DNA of 64,000 nt from Dicyema japonicum (Eukaryota; Animalia; Dicyemida): NCBI GenBank assembly GCA_011109175.1, contig RDEW01000029.1:406158-470157 (forward strand), given 5' to 3'. Below the pieces are notes generated by a model. That model had not been told where the DNA came from. It saw nothing but the letters and a program-made list of their open reading frames with translations, and made no database searches. Positions within the stretch are counted from its first letter, which is position 1; every line of letters starts with the position of its first letter. Shown here piece after piece: positions 36,294 through 46,890 of the stretch. A program made the position numbers and the translations under genes.

Positions 36294-37859
36294 TAATATA
36301 AAAAAAGCTTTTATTAAAAAGGCCTGTTTGATTTCTGCATTTTATTCAACGCCTCAAGTACTTTGTCTTCCCTCGTCGATTTTTATACGTATTTTTAAAC
36401 TCCCTTGACGTTTCACACACTTTTTTAATGAAAGATCCAGTAATAAGCTTCATTCCTCCAGGATGTCTAGTATAATACAGCTAGAACTAAGATTAACATA
36501 AAACTCTTTTTAAAGTAAATTAAAAATTTCATTTTTCTTTCGTAAAGGGGGACCGATGTCAAGATCTCCCTTTTTTGTAACTTGCTCCAATCACTTTTTT
36601 AGACAAAATTAAAAAATTCGTCTCGCGGTGATTTAGTGATATGTAGGCAAGTTGTTTCTAGCACCAAAAAATTATTAATTCTAGCTGAAAATTATTCAAC
36701 AATTACTAGTCATCCATATTTAATTAACATCTTTCAAAATAATCCTTATGATTTAGATAATTTGTGAAATAGTTGCTCTTTCAAAGGACTTTACGATCAA
36801 TGACAACAGCAGCAATTAAAACACGTGAAATCGACTAAATTTCTATCAACAAAGATATACAGCATTTTCCTTTAATAAAATCAAAATTATTCCAATTCTC
36901 CATTTTCAATTATATAATAACAGATTGACAATTAGCTATGAAAAAATCTGTTGATTCCATATTCACTTCGGACTAAAAAATTCCATTAAAATTGAAGTGG
37001 AAGGGAAACAATACCATTAAAGAAATGGCAAAGAATTTTGGGAATAATATTCGATACGTTGACATGGTTCTCACGGCATATCTAAAATGTGGAATCAAAT
37101 GAAAAGAAAAATCAACTGAATAAAAAACCTAACACAGTTATAGACAATAGAGAATCATTCCCTCCTAAAAACTTTTAACTCGCAATAAACTTAGCCATGC
37201 ATATAAATGAATGCGACCTATGACATTCAATGGGATATCTACTTTGACTTCAAGAGACTGTCTTCCTTCCCAATCTATTATCCGGGGTTAAAAACGATGA
37301 AAAAATCTAAAAAAAAGAATTATTCACTTCGGACTAAAAAATTCAGACAAAAAATTACATGCGGTTTTGCTAATTATTTTCTAGTCGGAATGTTAAATAA
37401 TGGTACAATACGGAAGCTGCAATCCGTAGATGTTGTTGATAATGCTTCGTTTCAATGTATGCCATTCCTTATGTGATGACTTAATTTTGTATCATTACTA
37501 AATTCACAGTGGTATTTGAAGAAGCTGGAAATGTATATTTTAAGCTCAAGAGGACAGAGTCACTAGACGCATGTCTTACGAATTCTATTCTGAACCTAAA
37601 GTGCAAGAAAATGAAAAATTAGCTAGTCGGGATAGTTTTACTAGTAACGTGGTATAAAAACATTTTAGAGCAAACAAAACTTAAGAATTAATTAAAAAAT
37701 TTAGAATGAAACCAATGTAACTAAAGTCACATTACACGCTTCAAAAATAATTGCTGAATAATTTCAGCTATAAAAGGAATTTTTAAACGAATTTTGCAAT
37801 TTTAAGCAAATGAATTTTCTCTTTTACACGTTATTCTGTGGTTTCGTTGGTAATTTATT

Positions 37860-38691
37860 TTTAAAAAGTTTTAGACAACAGACACTTAAACAGAAGATTC
37901 GATGTCGCCACTGTTCTGGATAAAACTTTTGTTTAGATTTAATATTTTACATATAGCAAAAAGATTACGGCTTTGATAAAAACCAAATGAGACAACACAT
38001 TAAAAAATTGTTCGATCTTGCTCAAAAAGTATATATTTATAATAATCAGTATCTTGGAACAATCAAAATTCAATTAAATCTTACAAAAATATACTTCACT
38101 GACGACATTACATCAACTGATCCTTACACTGCTTCCTTGTACGCAACTAATAAAAAATATTTACTTGATGCAGACGCAGTTTTATTCTTTGAGTAATTAT
38201 TCTAACTAATTCTCAGAAATTCTTATGTCAAAGGAAAAACAGGAACACGTAGAGTGGGAATAGCATATGTAGGAACTGTCTGCACATCTAAATCAGTGGG
38301 AATTGTTTTTAAGCAATCCTACGATAAAAAGACTGCAGCGACTATATCTCATGAGTTATTCCACTTGCTTGGTTTTTACCACGTCAAAATTACTGAGAGT
38401 AATTGCAATAAAAATTGTTTAATGAATCCTAGTAGCTATAAAAATAAGTATAAAAATTCTTAATTTTTAGACATGTGTCGAAAAAATCAATCGACACTAT
38501 GCCTTTACTGGAATACATGTGGCGGTGCCTTAAATCGAGTAATGAATTGTTTTAAATTAGTCAATGTTACTAATGATGTCCCCGACAGTGAAGGTAAAAC
38601 CGTAAATTATGAATCTAATGGAGCTAATTTCTGGATTTACTCCTTTCTTCTTTTTCTGGTACAATATGCTAATCATAATTTAGGCCTTTAA
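37860..38691 (+). CDS. Reprolysin/ADAM-type (M12B) zinc metalloprotease lacking disintegrin and Cys-rich domains, with a hydrophobic C-terminal tail; 5' exons unresolved (possibly from ~37440)
   Basis: GIAYVGTVC, HELFHLLGFYH (HExxHxxGxxH) and CLMNP (Met-turn). Introns include 38193-38216 (24 nt). C-terminus ESNGANFWIYSFLLFLVQYANHNLGL. Confidence 0.85.
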
Positions 38692-38804
38692 TTAGATTTC
38701 TTCTCTAGCTCTTACTAATTATCTAATAATAATAATTTTTATTCAATTCCTTTATTAGTTTCAATAAAGAACCCCAAAAACCGATGCTAATAAATTTTTT
38801 CGGG

Positions 38805-38930
38805 AAACTTCTTGTCTGGGACATCACCTGCACCTACAAGTTTGCCCCTTGCAGAGTGCCTCTGGAGCCTGTTCTTCCGCTGAGAAGGTCAAGAAGTTGA
38901 TAAGGGAAAAGTACGAGGTCCTAGTCAAGG
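38805..38930 (+). mobile_element. CRE-like RLE fragment
   Basis: GKLLVWDITC..AEK. Confidence 0.45.
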
Positions 38931-39219
38931 ATTTTTTGTCTGTTTTTTTCACCGTTGGGGGAAGGGGTAAATATTCTGATCAGAGATGATCCTCGAGGAG
39001 CTCATTGTCATATGAAAAATTAAAAACGGATAAATAATCGAGTCTTATTTATTTTTTTTTTAAATATTTGTTTATAACGAGCAAATTAACTAATTAAGCA
39101 GATTTTGATCCAGATTGTTGGTAATCCCTCTTTTTTTCTTAGAAGAGGAGTGTGCCATAAACTTTCTGTTGTTTCTCATCTCCAATCATATCTCAGTTAG
39201 AATCCAGTGGCCTGTCCTC

Positions 39220-39470
39220 ACGGAATGCCAGTTCCACAAGTTGGGAGGTAGTAGAGGCGTACTCTTTATCGTATACCTTCATTCCATGCTTATGTTCAAT
39301 GAGCATACTTTCAAGCGTTCTTTTCAGAACAACCGATTAGATGTAAGTCATCGTTGATTCTTCAATAGATAATTTATCCATATGATTCTTGAAGAATTTT
39401 GAGACAACTCCATCCCATGTCAAAACCAACTTCAACTTGCTTTAGTCCGTCTTGTGAGGTAAAGCCCACA
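39220..39470 (-). mobile_element. R4/Dong-like RLE remnant (same family as 19.0-19.5 kb)
   Basis: TWDGVVS..YI*SVVLKRTLESMLIEHKHGMK; DNA similarity to 19140-19330. Confidence 0.75.
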
Positions 39471-39479
39471 TCTTCTTTT

Positions 39480-40387
39480 ACACTTTGAGGTAAGATGGTT
39501 ATCCAAACGAAATTGATTTGAACGATTTGTAAAATTATAAGATTCCATCGTTGATTTTTTAAAATTACAGGAAGAATTTGATTTGTTTAATTCCTGCAAA
39601 ATTCATAGGAAAAATATTTTTTATTTGAATTGGATTTTCAAAAAATTGAATGGAGTTTCATTGGCATTACAAAAGGATTAGTTTAATTGATTGCAAAAGA
39701 ATTATCAATGCGCTCATTAAAAAAGTTGAATTTTTTCAATTTTGCTTGATTAACAAATTTTTTGGATCTCTAGATTTTTATGTGATATTTTTGATGACAA
39801 CGATTCAAAAATTTACGAAATTCACTGGAATCTCTGACCCGAAATTTGAAAAAAAATATTTGATAAATTTAAAATTTTCAGATTGTATGATTAATCGTTT
39901 GTACCGATTCCGTATGATTGTGACAAAAAATTTCAAGAATTAATTGAATTGAAAAATGAAGAACTCAAAGTCAAATTCAAGAGGGAAAACATTTCACAGT
40001 TCTGGAAATCTAAATTAATGAAGAGAAAAGTTCAAAAATTAAGAGGAAAAGGACTTCAATCATTTTATGTTTCCCGAGTTCATATTCCGTAGAAAGAGGA
40101 TATAGCACTTTCAACAATGTCATCAGGAAATAACGAAACAAAAGTAATGTACAAAAAAACAGATGTAGGATTGCATTTAGTCAAAGAAGGGAAAATTTAG
40201 AGAATCTTATGAATACTCATAAACCAGAGGGATCTGATTAAAACTATAATTTTTAAATAAAACAAAATTTTTAAAATAATTTCTGTACGTGGTAATAACT
40301 TTTTGACTTGTAAAATAAGAGGCGATAAAAAATTGGAGGGACGAAATAAAATTCGCGGCGGTGATTAAAAAAAGGTTGAGAACACTG
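39480..40387 (+). mobile_element. Decayed hAT (Buster/Charlie-like) 3' part with right TIR
   Basis: FPSSYSVERGYS-like C-terminal motif. Terminus ggttgagaacactg is followed by ctttagta (nnnTAnnn). Confidence 0.65.
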
Positions 40388-40409
40388 CTTTAGTATTACG
40401 GATTGCTAC

Positions 40410-41140
40410 ACAATCAGGAGACCCTCGTGAGCGCTGCTGATTCTCGCTTTGACATCCTAAGAGGGAATAGCCACGGTGACATGGCAGCCGATTTGTGACT
40501 ATTTAATCTCTTTTCTAAATAAAATTAATAATTTTTCACAAAATTAATTTATTTATAAACAATAATAAAAGTAATTCTATTATAAGGCTCATCTAACTCA
40601 ATCTTCTTTTCTTGAAGCCAACCTATATTGTCTGTATAGCCGTGTTCACGACGCTGCATACACCACATTCAGAGAATACTCTAGGTTGACATTCCATGGC
40701 GTATTCCTCATCAATAGGTATCGTTGCTCTATGCCTCTCCTCAGCTTGCATACTCTCCAAAGTCTTCCATAACACTGGTGTCAAAATTGTCCTCTATGTT
40801 TTCTTCTTTTTTGATTTTTTCTTTTTTGACACGATCAGAGACCCTCATGAGCGCTGCTGGTTCTTGCTCGAAAGAAAATTCGATTAAAAAGTGACATCCA
40901 GAGAGGAAATAGCCACGCAGTCAGGGCAGCCGATATATGATCATTTAATCTCTTTTCTAAATAAAATTAATAATTTTTATAATATTAATTTATTTATCAA
41001 ACAATAAGTAAAAGTAATTCTATTAGAACGCCCATATAACTCAATCTTCTCTTCTTGGGGCCAACCTTTATTGTATGCATAGCCGTGTTCACGTCGCTGC
41101 ATACCCCACATTCAGAGATTTCCCTAGGTTAACATTCCAT
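40410..41140 (-). mobile_element. Two tandem R4/Dong-like 3' ends, each followed by a conserved GC-rich ~90-110 nt module
   Basis: VLWKTLESMQAEERHR resembles VLKRTLESMLIEHKH. Duplicated blocks at ~40415-40705 and ~40833-41140. Confidence 0.55.
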
Positions 41141-41319
41141 GTGCTTTATGGCGATTATTGAATATTCTGCTTTTCCTTTTTAGAATAAAATCTTCTGTCA
41201 GAATTAATATACGAAATTAATAAAGTAGGTGATAAATAGACTATATTTAACGTTAATATGTGTTTGTCTTGTGCTATTAGCCTAAATTGTCTGATTCAGG
41301 CAATTTAGTTTCAGCCAAC

Positions 41320-41700
41320 CGAAGACCGGGCGGAACCACTCTCTTCCCTGGGAGAGTGGTAAATACTTTGCCTGAGAAGCCACCTGTATCGATAGCTTCT
41401 ATTTTTCCAACCTCTCAACGACATTAACTGACCCAGGCTCAACTTCGGAAAAAGCTGAGACCCTAAAGATGAAAAATACGCATGTTTTAAAGGACAATTT
41501 ACCTTCAAACCAGTAGCAGTCGAAACCGACAGGAATAATTGGAAGCAGGTAACTGACGCTTCTAAACAGGATCGCCTCGCTCATTGCGAAGATGAAAAAC
41601 GATAGGAGATAAAGGAGCTGGCTTATTGAGCGCATTTCCTTCAATTCGTAAGGGGAAATGTGTTTTCAATTATGAGAGCAGCCAGCATTTGCTAACTTAG
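41320..41700 (+). mobile_element. CRE-like RLE 3' end
   Basis: LPWESGKYFA*EATCIDS; FTFKPVAVET; LLNRIASLI..RSWLIERIS..RKGNVFSI. Confidence 0.7.
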
Positions 41701-41834
41701 TTTTTGTCTTATAAAAAATCTTTTAATTTTTGTAATTTATTTTATTTATTAAAACCAAATATCATCGACAAATTAAATAACTACCACTTCGTTATGCCGC
41801 CTGAGATAAGAGCTATTCAGTATTCTCCCACACC

Positions 41835-42030
41835 TCATCAGTGGATACTCACTGCGGAACTGGATTGTCTAGAAAAAACCACAGAAAAAGAAAAAAAAGA
41901 AGTCAAGATAATTCCTTGGTTCTACGATTAGTTAAAATTAACTGCTCTTTATTTAAATAAAGTGTGTGTCCTGCCTATACGGAGCTATAAATATTATGGC
42001 TCTCGTGAAAAGGCCGTTATTATTATTTGT
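41835..42030 (+). mobile_element. SINE 3' part, inserted in the Tigger element
   Basis: tcatcagtggatactcactgcgg...ggctctcgtgaaaaggcc(tat)n, followed by the same flank as in the array copies. Confidence 0.8.
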
Positions 42031-43380
42031 TTTTTTTCGCATGGACTCATAATATTTGCTTTGAATCTTTTTACGCCCATAAAGAAACTAATCGAAAAAA
42101 ACAAGAATGGGCATTAATGTAAAAAATGCTCATCCGCAACGTACTTGTGTAGGCTCAAGGGATGAACACCAAGAAAAGATGAGAGCCTTGATCCAATTCG
42201 TTGGGATCACTTAGTTTAGTCTTTTTGGTTTAACAGTGGTCTTTGGAATTGATTAAATTAAAATTAAATCTGAATAAATCAAAGACATTTTCCAGAGTCT
42301 CTTGTTTAATAACATTTAGCAGCATTGTAAATGCTCATTCCGCATTATTTATAACTTGTTCCAGAAATTGTTCGCTGCATTCCTCTTCATCACTACGATT
42401 ATCATCCCAGAAACTCTCCAAAATCGTATTTTCCACAATATCCAAATCAATCAGACTTTATTTGGTGTCCTCTTTTTTCCGACATTCATATTCCAAAGCC
42501 TTTTCAAAGCAATGTCGTATTGAAATTTCTGTAATCTCGCCCCATGCCAATTTCGAACATGAAATAGCATCTATTTGAGCTACAGGATTTTTATCACAGA
42601 TAATCGTTTTCATTATCCAATTATTGAAATGATTCTTAAATGCATGTATTATCCCTTTGTCACATGGCTGAACTTAGGTAGTTGTGTTTTTTAGAAAAAA
42701 TATTACGTCGACGTTTTAATATTTTAGATTCACATTTTTAATACTTTTGGTGACTTTGCTCGCCCAATTACAAGCGGTTTATAATTTTCTCCTGTGTAAA
42801 TGCAACACAAAAGAAGTGTCATACGTTCTTTTCTTATTTTATGTCCGCTGTGTGACTTATTTCTTTCAATAAACTCTTTTTGGAAACGGCTTTATAAAAT
42901 AATGCACTATCATCATAATTGAAAATGTTTTCTTCACCATATTTCTCACGCAAATCATTGAAAGTCGATCGGAAGTTTTTCGCACCTCCTTTATCTGCTG
43001 ATTGTTATTCGCCATGTAATATTCTGAATTTTATCACGAATTGGTTCTTAAATTTGTAAAGCCATCCATTGGAAGCAGTTAAATTTTGAATTAAATTTCT
43101 ACATGCAACTTTACGTGCAATTTGTTTAAGGTTGGCCCATTGATTTGATAAAACTTTCGACCTGGGATTACGAAAAATCTCGTAAACTTGGGCATTCAAT
43201 TCGTATCCAATTATCCCTTCGGATGTTGAGAAACATTGAGCTAGGATTCCTTCCTTTTTTTTCGATGGGATAGCATTCCTTTTGAGATGTTAAATCGTTC
43301 TCCTTTTAATCTTTTTAAAGACCTGACTCTACATCTTTGCAAATTCTGATCTTTTCACTTCGATTTAGATATCTAGGCAT
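42030..43380 (-). mobile_element. Tigger/pogo transposase pseudogene, inverted paralog of 34800-36293
   Basis: Starts MPRYLNRSEKIRIC at 43380; contains TASNGWLYKFKN. Long reverse-complement similarity to 34820-36130. Confidence 0.85.
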
Positions 43381-43759
43381 TCACTTTCTAGAATTTATAG
43401 AATAACTTTAAAAATTGATAATTACAATTCCTTACCAGGTTAATTAGTTAACTATCTTACCAGGTTAAATTAATTTCAAAAATTATTGATAAATTTGGTA
43501 AAACAGCTTAGAATAAATAAATAATAAATCAAAAATTATAGAAATATATTAATGAATCAATTATGATTATTTACTTATTATTAAAAAGCACTCCCGAGAA
43601 AACATAAAATTTGTTAAGATTCCATTGATTCGAATTCCGAATCATCCTCTCCGTCAGCTTCGACCACAATCTTCTGTTGCGCAATAGTTCTCTTAGGTAG
43701 TATTTCCATTATAATATCAGATGCTGTCCACACTCTTGTAGCGTCATGAATTTACATAG

Positions 43760-45050
43760 AACTACCCTAAACACTGACCCTAACTAAAAACCCTAACCCT
43801 TAAAACCCTAAACACTGACCCTAGCTAAAAACCTTAAACATTAACCCTAACCCTTAAAACCTAACCAAATACCCTCAAAGTGTAAATTATTAAACATAAT
43901 TTATTAATTAAATTATTTACCGTTTTCGATCACTTCGAATCGTGACCTGTGAATATTTTCATCATCATTGTTATTGAGAAAACAATTATCTCCCTCAATT
44001 TTGGTAACTTCATAGATGGTACAGTCAAGCTCATCGTACAGTGTCATTGTACGATGAGCTGGATTTTCGCCATGATCTCCTTTTTTAAAGACCTTGTCAC
44101 CAACTTTTAAAGTTTCTTCGTCGTTTCTTCATTAATTTTTCAATCATTTTTGGGGCTGTTACTTTGGTATATATTCGTGCCTTATCCCTTGCTTCATCCA
44201 TTTCATAAGACAGAAAATTCGACAAATCCTCCGGAATAGCTTCCTGTGGATACTTACATCCCACAAAAATGAAAAATGACATTTGTTTCGTTGTCTCGTG
44301 TATCGACTTGTTGTAATCAAAAACAATTTTTTTAATTAAGAAAATAACTCCCAAACTCTCCACTGGAAGCGAATGTAAAAGAAATCCATTTTTTATTGAT
44401 TGGTTAAAGCTAAATTTATAATTTCTTTTTTTATTTCTCTAGTTGACCTTGTATCCATGAAGCACGCGGTCTAGCAAAGACATATTTGATCCGTAGCTCC
44501 ATTAACATGTCAGTCATCAATTTATTTTTAAATTCTATTCCGTTGTCCGTGTGTAGTAATAACGGGGGGCCATATGTATAAAAACTTTTTGAAAAGTTTT
44601 AACTACTTCCTTTGAATTTTTTGAGTAGTTTCGACCATACCAAGTTTGCTGAAACAATCAACAACTGTCAAAAGTTACAAAAAATAAATGAAAAAAATAC
44701 CCATGAATAACCCAAGTTTTTGTCTGAATAACGTCGCAAATCGATCAGATCGGCTATATATCCGTCTCGTGCGAATTTTGCAACAATTGGTGTGTGTTAT
44801 CGGAGGTTTTGTTTCCAAAAGCCTCTTAGACAGACAAAATGGACACCGCTTTACAATATCTCCAATTTCGTTCTTTGTCACATTGTAGTACAGCTTTTTC
44901 AAAATACTAAAAACTCTGTTCCTGCCCATGTGAGATTTGTTGTGTTCAGACATAGACTAAAAACTTAAAGATCGAAAGTTAATCGTTTTAGCTCTAGTTC
45001 GTCGTTTGCAAAAAATCGTAATTTATTATTTGTTTCCTACATGAGCAATT
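43760..45050 (-). mobile_element. Ginger-like (Gypsy-integrase-type) transposase pseudogene 1 with two decayed micro-introns
   Basis: HNKSHMGR..CPFC (HHCC), DLIDLR, TVVDCFSK, HTDNGIEF and QGQLE. Introns at 44675-44700 (acceptor AA) and 44410-44434 (donor AT). Confidence 0.8.
43765..43870 (+). repeat. Degenerate telomere-like (CCCTAA) cluster downstream of Ginger 1
   Basis: ccctaaac..ccctaactaaaaaccctaacccttaaaaccctaaac..ccctaacccttaa. Confidence 0.7.
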
Positions 45051-45611
45051 ATAAATATACCTAGATATATGGCACATCGTTTTCAAACGTAAAACTACTG
45101 GCAAGTCTTTTATAACTCCTCTTATCGGATATTGCCAGATCTGAAAAGAACAAGTCAGATTCTTTAAATTCCTTAATTATTTTCAGATCGTGAAGAAAAA
45201 TCGAACAACAAAAACCATCGATCGCATATTGATAAAAGCGTGGTAAATAAATTTTAAATAATTTAAATTAATTATTATTAAGAAACAATTTATATATTAA
45301 AAACTAAGTATTTTGATACTGTACCCATTCATTCTTCAATTTTATTTTTTCCAAAAAATTAAAAAAAAGAAGTAATTATTTTAAAATAAAAAATATATAT
45401 TTGTGATCCTTATCCAAAACGAACAAAAATATACAATTATTTTTTTAAATGATAAAAATAATTGACCATGTGTGGGCCGATACCATATACGTACAGGGCC
45501 GTGACATATTATTACCATCTTACAATATTTTACTTAAATCATCCTCATTCTTTATTTTTTGAGAAAATCTTAGGGTAAATTTGTTGATCATTATCCAATT
45601 CGGTTCTTTTT

Positions 45612-46782
45612 CAATACATGCTTCATGAAAAAAGGCTCTAAATGAATTAATGAAATTTTTTTTGAATATTAGATCTAAAAATTAAAAAAATGAACAATGC
45701 CGAATTTGTAAATATTATTATAAATTTTTTAAAATAAATTTTGAATTTTCTACCGGTTTGTTGGGATGAGTGATATAGTTGTTATGCGAAAATATTTTAA
45801 ACTGAAAAACTACGAACTTCCACATTCAGAAATGGAGTCAGTTGCTTTACTTCAGGAGGTTCGAATCTTTCCGAAAGAAAGGAAATGCCTTAAAGGACAT
45901 TTGATGACCCTATGATAGCATGTTCTCTAAGAGAAAAAACAATGCAGGAAAGATTCTTCCTCAACAATGGGTGTTTGGGGGAATTTGTCGGGGAAGTAAA
46001 AACTGTTTCCTAGAGATGGTTCCTGATCGGTCGAAAAGAAATCTAACAGCGGCTATAGAGCGAAATATCGCACCGGTATGAGTGATACACACTGACAAAT
46101 GGAAGGGTAATTGTAATAATATATTCTTGGAAATAGGTTATTCAACGCCAGATCTTAATGCTCTTGCCTATGTGAACCTCAAATTTAATCACAGGTTTAT
46201 CGAAATTCGTTTATAAATTTGCAGACGAAATTTTATAGACCCGAGGACAGGTGCACATAAGCATACTGTTGAGAAATTCACAAAAAAATTAAATAGGAAA
46301 ATTTAGACTGTGGGAAAGCGCAGAATGCCGCAATAAAAGACAAAGACGTATCGCGAGTCACTTCAGTGGTTCACATTTTGCAGGTATTAAATACTCGAGT
46401 TATTTTGTAGAATTTTTCTGGAGAAGGCAAGTGAGCCTTTTGGAAAACTCCTTCGATGAATTAATAGATGCGATCGTCAGATATTGTGCACCGAACATCA
46501 CGCTGCAGAGAAACAAGTTACTTATTTTTGTAATAATGACATTTTTTTGCTAAAGGAATGATTATAAGCATCTACGATTTCTTCATAGGTAGAGGGTCGT
46601 TAATACCTCAGCTTTGACTTTTTCGGTATCGTTTTAACACCACTAAGTCGTAAAGATTCAAAATTTTATTTAAAAAAATTTATCATAATATTTACAAATT
46701 CGGCATTGTTCAATTTTTTTCATTAATTCATTAAAAAAATTCTTTAATTTATTTAGAGCATTATTTCGTGAAGAATGTATTG
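45612..46782 (+). mobile_element. Merlin (IS1016/ISXO2-like) DNA transposon with ~110-120 bp TIRs and an intron-containing transposase pseudogene
   Basis: QQWVFGGICR, HTDKWKGY, NHRRNFIDPRTGAHKHTVE and FAEFFWRR appear after removing introns 46107-46136, 46195-46224 and 46384-46410. Inverted repeats at ~45612-45730 and ~46674-46782. Confidence 0.85.
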
Positions 46783-46789
46783 CAAAAGT

Positions 46790-46890
46790 ATCTAACCCAA
46801 ATCCCTAACCCTAATCTATAACCCAAAATATAAACCCTAACTTTTATCCTTAAACCTAAAAATATCATAAAACCTATCCCTTAACCATGT
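46790..46890 (+). repeat. Degenerate telomere-like (CCCTAA) cluster downstream of Ginger 2
   Basis: ctaacccaaatccctaaccctaatc..aaaccctaac..cccttaacc. Confidence 0.65.

Noticed and set aside
40560-40830. Alternative genetic code (TGA=Trp) suggested by in-frame stops in TE-derived frames
   Set aside because: TAA, TAG and TGA stops all occur in decayed TEs, and host genes terminate normally (PDSS1 TGA, G-alpha TAA).
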